From positions 1-64,000 of the forward strand of contig LT642151.1 in NCBI GenBank assembly GCA_900128585.1: 64,000 bases of DNA, in the 5' to 3' direction. Made by a program: the position numbers and the translations under genes. The notes under the pieces were generated by a model. It was not told the DNA's origin. It saw only the letters and a list, made by a program, of their open reading frames with translations, and made no database searches. Source of the DNA: Stramenopiles sp. TOSAG23-3. Taxonomy: Eukaryota. Each line of letters starts with the position of its first letter. Positions within the stretch are counted from its first letter, which is position 1. Of the stretch, positions 53,961 to 62,931 are shown one piece after another.

Positions 53961-54228
53961 TAGCCACAATTTTCTTGTTTTAATGTAAAACAGCCAATTT
54001 TTTGTTTTTAAACGTAACCTCTAATTGGACAAAAGCTGAGTAGATTCATTTTCGCGGTATTATAAAATGAGGAAAAGCTAAATTTTAATTTCTGTGTCTA
54101 AATAAAAAAAAAACAAGAAAATTGGCTGTTAGGATTAGGGTATATGAGGAAGCTAAATTTAATTATACTTAAATAACAGCCAATTATTTTTGTTTTTATA
54201 AGTTTTTTCGTCATTTTAGCCTGTTATT
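53961..54228. repeat. Cluster of modular intergenic repeat copies between convergent genes
   Basis: AACAGCCAATTTTTTGTTTT, AAACAAGAAAATTGGCTGTT, ATTAGGGTATATGAGGAAGCTAAATTTAATTAT, AATAACAGCCAATTATTTTTGTTTT. Confidence 0.85.
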
Positions 54229-54276
54229 AATAATATTTCATGTAAAATATCATTGGTAAAGAAAACAGTGTAATCT

Positions 54277-57200
54277 TTATTCAATCATCGGCATGTACGG
54301 CTGGGCATACAATGCAGCGTCCGCTTCGTCTTTCAGCCCTTTCAACCACTCCTTTCGCTCAAAATGATCCTGTATAATGCCCTCATCGTCGCTTTCTGTG
54401 CCTGGAAGCGCTTCCACACCAAGCCCTGAAACTGCTTCCCCCGCCGCCAATGCCTCTTCTCGGATGCAATGGTTGTACACTTTTTCGTACGTGACTTGAT
54501 CTTTCTGCACCTTATTCACCAATTTTCCGACGAGTTCTGCACTTTTCTGTGGGTGAAGCAAGTCATGAAGGCCAGGAGAAGACAACTTAACCGCAGACTG
54601 GTACATGTTTTCGCTTTGTATGGATTTCAATGCCGATGCATCGATGTGCCCACGGCCATCTCTGTCGAAAACCTGAACAAAAAGGCGCACCGACCGTGCA
54701 ATGAGATTTGGAAGCTCAATGTGTGCACACTCGCGGACGCCCTCCCACGGGCTTTCAATAGTTTCGATCCCTTTTCGAGTACGCTTCAACTTGCATGCAT
54801 CGTACAGCGTAAACATAGCGGCGAACAAACGTTTTTGCAAAGCATTCGCAAGCGATTCAAAGCGATTGATAAGGTTTCTGATTCCAAGCGCTATGTTATC
54901 TTTATGCACAGCATCTTTTTTTCGTAAGACGACGACCTTTTCGAAATCGACCAACAAGCAGCGGATATTAGGCTTAAAATCGTCTGCATCATATGCTATT
55001 AACAAGCTCGACCCAAAAAAGTCCATGTTGTTATGTTTTGATTGTAGTGATTCAAGCCGCGTCTTTAACGTTGAAACGATTTCTCTCAGCAGATCTATGC
55101 GAACGATTGTTTTGCTGGAACCTAGCGTCAGGAAATGCTCAAAAGAGCAGTCAGTCTCGTCGTCTGCGCCAATATCAACAAACTGCTCAAAGTCAGGGTT
55201 CCACATGCGCATGCCTACCAGTTCGTATGCATCACCCAGTCCTAATTTTTTTCCTTGCTTGTCAGAGCCTATCTTTACGTCCATTATACAAGGGCTCGAG
55301 AAACCTTTTGAAATATTTTCTATACTAACGTACTTGACAGCGTGATGATAGCAAATGCCACCAAATCTTGGAATAATCCTTCTAATAGCAGTGTTTGTTG
55401 CCGCCATGTGCTCGTAAAACGCTTCCTCCACCTCGGTTGTGTGCTTGCCGATGAATCGATCGGTCTTGTTCGGCCAAACAAAGCGCACACTCCCGTCCAC
55501 CGTCTTTTCCTTACCCCCAATGCGATCAATGTACTCCCGGCTGACGTTATCATTTCGCGATACCTTCCCGCTTCCTTGCTTCTGTCTAACCAGGTACTTT
55601 TCGTTCAAGCCGCATAAAAATACTCGAAGTTCGTCCTGGCTGATTTCGTCCATGGAAGCGGTGCACTTTACGGGCAATATGGTCAAAGTTGACCAGTACC
55701 ATTCGGGCTCCAGAAGAACCCTAGCCGTTGCACAGAGTTCAAGCTTTTCCTTAACAATGGGATCGGTTACGTAATGGATTATGTTCACCTTCTTTGTGGG
55801 CGCATACTTGTGCAAATCCAACTTTTCAACACGCATGATGGTGTACAAATTGTTCAGTGCCTGATTCAAATCGTACTCTGGGCTTGCTCTTGGGTATTGT
55901 TTCACGTCCGTTCGAAGCTTGACGTGCCCCCATCCCGCGCACAGACCGGCACAATAAATGACCATTTCGTCGTAGGTAATTTTGATTTCTATCGCATCTA
56001 GTGCTTCCTCCAGCGTTTGGCCCTCTGGCAGTACGTAGGAATGTGACGCGAGTTTCTTTGATTCCAAGGCCAGCAGAGTCTGCTTCAAACAAAGGAAAAG
56101 ATCACGGTCCTGCTCCCGCAGCTGAAGAATAGGCGTTAAGGTTGCAATTTCAGACAAAGCATAAGGCTCGTCCAGCTTGTCAATTATTGATTGCAAGGGT
56201 ACAGGCGCATCTTTTGAAAACCCAGAAATATCATAAAATGCGTCCAAAGTAGCAGAAATTTCTTTCAGCATTTTCATCGCTTCCTTCACGTTCAAAACTA
56301 CTGAATTCTGGGCTGCCACGACACCGCTGCAAAACCCACGAACTTCTTCGAACGTGACAAAGCCATCGTTGTCGGTATCGATAGCCATTAACGTTGCCCA
56401 GAATGCGCGGGGTTTTAGCAGAGGTTGTAGTGGGGCGCATTTGCGAATTATGTCTCGAATATTGTCTTTGTGCAAACCATGCATCAAATCAACTTTTGTT
56501 ATTTTACGCTCTGCCCCGTGGCCCATGGCCTCGAACAATTCCATCAGTATGGACTTTAAATCGTTGTGCACGTCTTTTTGAGCTTCCCTGTTCTCTAAAT
56601 CAAAATCAGATTCTTCCAGGGCGCTCATAGCCAAATCGCTCTTGACGGCAATGTCTTTGCTCGCGTCCATTGAGTACATGCCTGTACAGAACATACGCAA
56701 CTCCTGAAAATCTACGCTTCCGTCATGGTTTGTGTCCATTGCATTAAAAGTTTCCTTGTAAGTCCGGGGGTGCAAAAGGGGTTTGAGAGGGGGGCACTCA
56801 TTTATCATTTCGCTCACGGCGGGTTTACCTAGCGACATCATGATGTCTTTTTTTGAGATTTTCCCTTGCCCATGCTTGTCAATTGTGTCGAACAACTCCT
56901 GCAGCGAATTTTCCAATTCCCGAACGTCGCTGTAAACATTTGCAAAGTGCTTCTTGCGCTCCTGGGTCCGCTTAACAGCAATCGCCCGCTCTTGACGACC
57001 GCGGGCTATGTGCTGGATTTTGGCCGCCGCGTTCTTTTGTTTTACTAGCATTTGTCGGTCTGCCTTGCCACGTTGGAGTTTTTGGATCTTCGTCGCAGCA
57101 AGGGCTCGCTGCTCTTCTTCAAGTGCTTCCGTGTCGTCCTGATCAGTTTCCATAATGTCGTTGATGTGGCTCAAAACATCGTCGTCTCCAGGTTTAATTT

Positions 57201-60200
57201 CCGAGGCATCTGTAATTGAAACTTGCACACGGCGAAGCGATTTTTCTCTTCGCTTTTCAAGTAGCAGTTCCCGCCTCGTCATTTGACTAACGGGCTTGTT
57301 GCGCTTTGCAACCTTTTCCTCCATCTCAAGCCGGTCGCTGTCCTTGAGCGCTTTCAAAGCTTGTTGGTGGGCCATTTCGGCCTCGATCCTCATTTCCTCC
57401 TCTCGCTCCTTCAGTTTTGCCACCTTTGCTTCCTCAATACGCCGCTCCTCTTCTAAAGCCTTGTCCCGAGCTTCCTGTATCTGCCGTTCTTCCTCTTCTT
57501 TTTCGGCCAATAACTTTTCTGCAGCCATTTTTGCATCGTGCTCCTCTTTCCTACGATTTTCTTCAAATTCACGCTGCGCGCGAGCCTCGTCATCAGCGAC
57601 TTCTTTGGCTTCCTTAACCTTTAACTGAGCCCGTCGCTTCGCAATTTCCGCTTCCTGTGCTTCAAGCTTTGCAGCGTGTGCTTCTTCATCCGCTAGTTTT
57701 TCCATGGCGCGTGCTTCCTCCTCTTCTTTGTGGTACAGGTCCAGCGCATTCTCTGCGTCTCTCTCCGCCTTCTCCGCGTTCTTCAACGACTCGTGAGCAC
57801 GCTGCCTCGACAACCGGGCTTCCCGCTCCTCTTTCTCTAAAATTGCTCGCGCGTACTCACTAGTGTCACCGCGCCTTTCCATGTCCTCCCGGGCACGGGT
57901 GGCCTCTTCTTCCTCCGCAGCGGCTTCTTTGAGCGCCACCTCAGCTTCCCGGCGTGCTATTCCTGCAAACCGAGCTTTTTCTTGGGCTATCTTTTTTGCC
58001 CTGTCGGCTTCGATTCTCTCCTTAAGGGCAAGGGCGGCATCTTTTTCTGCAAGGGCAATGGCAGCCTCAGCTTCCTTCTGTTCTTTCAGGGCCTCCGCGG
58101 TGGCTTCATCTAGTTCATCGTTGCCTTCTCCGAACGATCCAGTGGGGGCCGCCATTCCTATAGACGCCCATTTTTCACGAAAGTGTTCGTCCGATGCCGT
58201 AACGGCTTCTAGGACCCAGTCGCAGAGGGGGGCAAATGCGCAGTATTTTTCATCTTCCACCAATGTCTCGGGAGAAAAACGAGGGTGGTGGGTCACACGC
58301 TGCAACCGATGAAGGGTTTCCTCGGTGACGCTGGTAGCGTTAAACTTTCGTAAGCGATCACGAAATTCGGGCTCATTCACAATACGTTGCGCCACCAACC
58401 ACGTAGGGTTTTCTCCGACAAGCATGCACACCGACCCCAATATTCGCATTATCAACGGCGGGGGCTTTGGCCCATCCGCCGTGCACAGGGCAGCGATGGC
58501 CCGCTCGTCGAGTTGATCGAACGTCGCGCTTTTCACGGGAACCGCCCGGCCAGGGACGCCAATATCTGAGCTTGGAGTCTTTACCATTGCCCGAAGTCGC
58601 CTTGCCTGCTCCGCTTGCTGCCGTTGCTTTGCTCTCATCAGCCATGGCTGAGGCCCGGTGGACTTTTCGGGAGACGGGACGGGAATGGACGGCGTGCTGA
58701 TTTCTTTCTGAGGGGCCTTCGGCGATTTTTTCTTGAGAATTTGTACTGCCCCTGGCTTGTCCAATTCCAATTTTAACGTTTTGTCCAGGGACGGGACCGG
58801 TGATAACTTCTGTTTTAACGGCGACTTGCCGGTCTTCTTCTTCTTCTTTGCTGAACCGGCCTGCAACTTCTTCGCGTGTCGTCCCTTTTGCTTTTCCCTC
58901 TCTATCCTCTCTTTCTCGATGACCGCAAGCTCTTGGTATTTGATGTACCCTGATGAGCGGTGGTCAAGCTCTTGAAGCAGCACGTTTCGCTCGTTTTCGG
59001 ACCCTGAGAACCCTACTGCCACGAGCGCGTCAGAAAAGTCGTCCCTACTGACAACACCGCGCTTTTCACCGTCCCGTTTCATGCACTCGGCCAGCAGTCC
59101 CGTGATTTTGGAGTCTACAATTTTGCCCAGCTCTTTGAACCCAGCCTCTGCCTCCAACGCTTCCCGGCTCTTCACCGCCCCGCTTCGGACGGCGGCGTTG
59201 ACGGCGACACGGGCACGCTGGGCGTCGAGCGTGTCGGGCTTTTCGAACCCACCCCCAGTGCGCTTGACGGAGGTGTCGTTTTTTTTCTTTTTTGGTGCTC
59301 CAACGTACGTGCCATCGTCCCCTTCGCTATTTAAATCTTGCCGGGGCCTCATCTCGTACTCGTTGCCGTTCCACGGCGGCCGCTCCCTCAAAACGTCCTT
59401 TTTCTTTTTTCTCCTTGAACGCTTCTTGCGCTGGGTGCCGTTCGAAAAAGTACTATTTTCTTTCAGCGTTGGCAACGGGCCGGACGACGGGAGGACAATA
59501 CTGCGCTCTGCCAATTCTCCCGGCGATATGGACGTGCTCGGCGGGGGGCTCCCGCCGACTTTAGGGCTGTTGCTTCCCGAGCTGCTCGTGGGCGAAAATT
59601 GGCGGCGGCTGTTGTTCGGGTTTTCAATCTCTTCTTTCCACCCCATGTTCTGCGCGACGTTTGGGGGCACCAGCCACTTCGGAACGCTTTGCTTTTCATC
59701 TTTCTTCTTTCCCCAAACTTCGTAGTGGGCATCGTCGCTTTTGATCATCTGTTGCGTGTACGGTGTCTTCATCAGCTTCTTGAGCTTTTTCGTAACCGCC
59801 CTCCTCTTCCTCCTCCTGTGCCTGCTTTCCCCAAAAGACGCAGTGGACATTCCTGCGGAGCTGGCGATACTGGATAAACTATCCGGGGCGTCTATCCCCC
59901 CCGCGCCCAGGGCGAGCAGGCTGGCCCCTTGGCGAGCCCTCGCTTTGTTCTGCAATAGGACAGCCCGCTCTTCCAAAAGTTTTGATTTTTCCGTCTCGAT
60001 GGACGACAGCAAGTGTGCCTTTCGTTCCATCTCTTTCACCAGGGCGCGGTTCTTCCTTATCTTCTCGCGCTGCCACTCATTAAACGCGTTCACGGCCGCT
60101 TGTCGCTTGGCTTCCTTCTCGGCCAAGTCCTGCTTCGACGTGTCCGGCTTCTTCCCTTTTTTTTTCTGCAGCACTTGCTTCTCCTTGTTCCATACCTTCC

Positions 60201-60507
60201 AGCGCTCTTCTGCGTCCTTCTTCCGGTTTGCCCGTTTCCGGGCCTTCGCGGCCCTCTCCTCCTCGGTCTCCGGGACGGTCGTCATGGACATTGGCAAACG
60301 GCCGGTGCTGGACCGTGATATCTTCGATTTCTTCAGCTTTGCGTTCCATGTCTTTGCCATTTCCTTTGTGACTGTATTGTTCTTGATTTTCTGTTTCAGC
60401 GATAGATCTGTCTTTATCTTTCCACGCTTTCTTCGCGGGACGAGCAGCCGCTCTGCCCACTTGTCGTTTGGCTTTAACGACTTTTCAACTAACCCGAGGT
60501 ACGCCAT
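54277..60507 (-). CDS. Multidomain protein: EF-hand-like, dynein stalk MTBD-like, charged helix, 2x IQ, EF-hands, inositol polyphosphate kinase (IPK) domain
   Basis: MTBD-like KPPPLIMRILGSVCMLVGENPTWLVAQRIVNEPEF..LCDWV. IQ motifs IQKLQRGK and IQHIARGR. EF-hands DTNHDGSVDFQE and DTDNDGFVTFEE. IPK motifs EEAFYE, IPRFGG, PCIMDVKIG, SSLL, LVDF. First ATG at 60507. Confidence 0.8.
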   Translation of the reverse strand: MAYLGLVEKSLKPNDKWAERLLVPRRKRGKIKTDLSLKQKIKNNTVTKEMAKTWNAKLKKSKISRSSTGRLPMSMTTVPETEEERAAKARKRANRKKDAEERWKVWNKEKQVLQKKKGKKPDTSKQDLAEKEAKRQAAVNAFNEWQREKIRKNRALVKEMERKAHLLSSIETEKSKLLEERAVLLQNKARARQGASLLALGAGGIDAPDSLSSIASSAGMSTASFGESRHRRRKRRAVTKKLKKLMKTPYTQQMIKSDDAHYEVWGKKKDEKQSVPKWLVPPNVAQNMGWKEEIENPNNSRRQFSPTSSSGSNSPKVGGSPPPSTSISPGELAERSIVLPSSGPLPTLKENSTFSNGTQRKKRSRRKKKKDVLRERPPWNGNEYEMRPRQDLNSEGDDGTYVGAPKKKKNDTSVKRTGGGFEKPDTLDAQRARVAVNAAVRSGAVKSREALEAEAGFKELGKIVDSKITGLLAECMKRDGEKRGVVSRDDFSDALVAVGFSGSENERNVLLQELDHRSSGYIKYQELAVIEKERIEREKQKGRHAKKLQAGSAKKKKKTGKSPLKQKLSPVPSLDKTLKLELDKPGAVQILKKKSPKAPQKEISTPSIPVPSPEKSTGPQPWLMRAKQRQQAEQARRLRAMVKTPSSDIGVPGRAVPVKSATFDQLDERAIAALCTADGPKPPPLIMRILGSVCMLVGENPTWLVAQRIVNEPEFRDRLRKFNATSVTEETLHRLQRVTHHPRFSPETLVEDEKYCAFAPLCDWVLEAVTASDEHFREKWASIGMAAPTGSFGEGNDELDEATAEALKEQKEAEAAIALAEKDAALALKERIEADRAKKIAQEKARFAGIARREAEVALKEAAAEEEEATRAREDMERRGDTSEYARAILEKEEREARLSRQRAHESLKNAEKAERDAENALDLYHKEEEEARAMEKLADEEAHAAKLEAQEAEIAKRRAQLKVKEAKEVADDEARAQREFEENRRKEEHDAKMAAEKLLAEKEEEERQIQEARDKALEEERRIEEAKVAKLKEREEEMRIEAEMAHQQALKALKDSDRLEMEEKVAKRNKPVSQMTRRELLLEKRREKSLRRVQVSITDASEIKPGDDDVLSHINDIMETDQDDTEALEEEQRALAATKIQKLQRGKADRQMLVKQKNAAAKIQHIARGRQERAIAVKRTQERKKHFANVYSDVRELENSLQELFDTIDKHGQGKISKKDIMMSLGKPAVSEMINECPPLKPLLHPRTYKETFNAMDTNHDGSVDFQELRMFCTGMYSMDASKDIAVKSDLAMSALEESDFDLENREAQKDVHNDLKSILMELFEAMGHGAERKITKVDLMHGLHKDNIRDIIRKCAPLQPLLKPRAFWATLMAIDTDNDGFVTFEEVRGFCSGVVAAQNSVVLNVKEAMKMLKEISATLDAFYDISGFSKDAPVPLQSIIDKLDEPYALSEIATLTPILQLREQDRDLFLCLKQTLLALESKKLASHSYVLPEGQTLEEALDAIEIKITYDEMVIYCAGLCAGWGHVKLRTDVKQYPRASPEYDLNQALNNLYTIMRVEKLDLHKYAPTKKVNIIHYVTDPIVKEKLELCATARVLLEPEWYWSTLTILPVKCTASMDEISQDELRVFLCGLNEKYLVRQKQGSGKVSRNDNVSREYIDRIGGKEKTVDGSVRFVWPNKTDRFIGKHTTEVEEAFYEHMAATNTAIRRIIPRFGGICYHHAVKYVSIENISKGFSSPCIMDVKIGSDKQGKKLGLGDAYELVGMRMWNPDFEQFVDIGADDETDCSFEHFLTLGSSKTIVRIDLLREIVSTLKTRLESLQSKHNNMDFFGSSLLIAYDADDFKPNIRCLLVDFEKVVVLRKKDAVHKDNIALGIRNLINRFESLANALQKRLFAAMFTLYDACKLKRTRKGIETIESPWEGVRECAHIELPNLIARSVRLFVQVFDRDGRGHIDASALKSIQSENMYQSAVKLSSPGLHDLLHPQKSAELVGKLVNKVQKDQVTYEKVYNHCIREEALAAGEAVSGLGVEALPGTESDDEGIIQDHFERKEWLKGLKDEADAALYAQPYMPMIE

Positions 60508-61789
60508 TATTCCTGACCCGATGTACCCACTGCGTGCGACGCACAATGTCGGAGGAGATAGAATTCAAAGGCAAGAGGGAACAACAAAGACGGGATTGTT
60601 CCGGTTTGTACAAAACAATATGGTGTCTATAAAATGTGTACCTCTTTTTACTAAAATAGTCTTTGGTTGATCAATAATTCTTGTGGGGGAGCATATTTGT
60701 AGTCAATATGTTTCAGCGGATAAAATAGTTCTCGTACTTCTTCTTCTTCGCTAAAAATTATTATTATTATTATAATAAAAAAAAATAATAAAAAAAGAAA
60801 GATGATGATGATGTTGCCATGTTATGTGTAAAGCTTTATGATGAAATATTTTATAACGGTGGGATTGGATTGTTGTTGGAGGGGGAAGGAAGGAAGGGAA
60901 GGAAGGGGGTGATTTGTTTTTGTTTTGGGATTTCATTCTTCTCAGATTTCACAGGAAGAATAGTGTGTATAAATTTATGTTAATAAAATAGATAGGGTTA
61001 ATAATGTATTATAAGTATATTTTCATGTATACTATTCATTTTATAAATATGGGAATCGGGGGGGGGGGGGGTAATAATATTTTCTTTTTCTCTTCTATCG
61101 CTCTCTGTCCTTATTCACCTGTAGAATGCACATAATTAAACCGATGCTATGCAATGTATATTTGGGTATTTACATAGTATTACATAGAAATATCATGAAA
61201 TAATATCGAGATAGCAAGCGTACATTTCAAAATACCCGTCATATCATTGAATGCTATGATGACCTATTTTAAAAATGGGACCAACGGCTTTCCTTTTTTC
61301 CTTTCCTTTCCCACACAAACAAAAACAAAAACAAAAACAAAAACAAAAACAAATATCAATACAAGTATATTAATACTACTTATATATGTATTCTTATTAT
61401 ATATTAAAACCTATTTATTTATCTTTAAAAGAAGGAAAGATGATTTTCTCTTTCTATAAAATTAAAACTAGAAGTGGGGGGGAGGGCTGGTGTTGTTTTT
61501 GTTTGTTTGTAATAATACAGGCTTGTATTATGGTATAATATAATACGTACGTCAGAAACAGAGAATAGGTAGGAAGAGAATAATGGAAGTAAATAGGATT
61601 GAGAAATTTTTAAATGGATGAAGAAACTAATTGCAAGATTGGTCAATTAATCGATTCAGATATGTACTACGTGAACATGGTTATAAAGGTGAAAAGTTAT
61701 CCGTGCGTTTACGTGCCATTTGAAACGAAACCAGTCAGTAGACAAATTAAGAAAGTTTAATTGCTATAAATTACTTTAAATTGTTTAAG

Positions 61790-62128
61790 ATGAAGTTCAC
61801 TCTTTTCATTGCGTTAGTATTTGCCTTAGTTGCCGCCGCCCTCGGTGCAGACGTCCGAACGGAAGAACCAGCAGCAACTGGTGGTGCCACCGGCGGCGCC
61901 ACTGGTTTTGATGGATCGATCTTGGAACCAACCGAACGATCCAAAGAGATCGAGCGTAAACGAGGAGGTAGTACTATCAAGCCAAAGCCCACTTGCAATG
62001 GCCAATACGGAAAACCATGCACCCGCAACACCGAGTGCCCATGCACAAACTTCTGCTACTTCGCCACTGAAACCACTATTGGCCAAGGTAAATGCGAGAT
62101 GTACGACCGCAAGAAACACAGTGCCTAA
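61790..62128 (+). CDS. Secreted six-cysteine prepropeptide (knottin/toxin-like architecture)
   Basis: Signal MKFTLFIALVFALVAAALG, acidic/Gly pro-region, RKR site, mature part C-x7-C-x5-C-x-C-x3-C-x12-C. Confidence 0.75.
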   Translation: MKFTLFIALVFALVAAALGADVRTEEPAATGGATGGATGFDGSILEPTERSKEIERKRGGSTIKPKPTCNGQYGKPCTRNTECPCTNFCYFATETTIGQGKCEMYDRKKHSA

Positions 62129-62931
62129 TTGTGCGATGAATGTGGAATGCACAGTTACGTAGAAGCAATCAGACCGAAAAATGCTTAAGCATAGTCACAA
62201 CGGATAGGATTCAGGTTTGCTAGAATAGACACCCTTGTTTTACTTGTACACTAAATATGTTTGCAATAAGTATTTTCTTGTCACCAACAAACGCAACACA
62301 CTTTTAGATAAAAAAATCCCCCTCTACGCATACCTGGGCAACGAACCGTTTCGTGCACATGAACCACTCCGTTGTGCCACGTCAAACTCGAACCCTCCCT
62401 GGCATAGCATCACCATCGTCCTCGCCTTTTCTTTCCATCAACATTCTTTCGGAGCATTTCAATTGTTCCTTCGGTCCCAAGAGCAAGAATAGTGTAATTT
62501 TTTCTTCTCAAAAAGGGGACGATGGTCCTCCCGAAAGTGAACGTATTGTGTTTCATTACAAGTACAAATATTTATTAAATACCTATTAAAACAAACATTG
62601 TATAGAATAATTAAATAGTATTGAATTATAATAGATAAGTTTATGTTATATACAAATATTATCTATCGAAAGTATACTGCATCTGTTATAATAAGAATCT
62701 TAAATTCTGAAGAGAAGAGTGCAAGAGCTGAACCCCGTGTTCCAATTAAATGTTTTTTTTTTTCATTTGCTTTCTTAGTTGTGGTATATAAAATTCATGA
62801 ATTAATTTCCTTTTTACCGAGTGTTAAAGGAATGCGCGAACATCATTTCAACAGGTTCTTTCCTGCTAAATTGAACGAACTGGGATTTTACACTTTTCTT
62901 TCTCTGCGTTACAGATCGTGTCGTCATCATA

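Noticed and set aside
17153-54228. Repeat modules as a CRISPR array
   Set aside because: Dispersed, variable orientation, no regular spacers, no cas genes, eukaryotic context.
59741-60670. 309-aa antisense ORF and many other antisense ORFs over coiled-coil genes
   Set aside because: Shadow ORFs of E/K/A-rich coding strands with no independent motifs.
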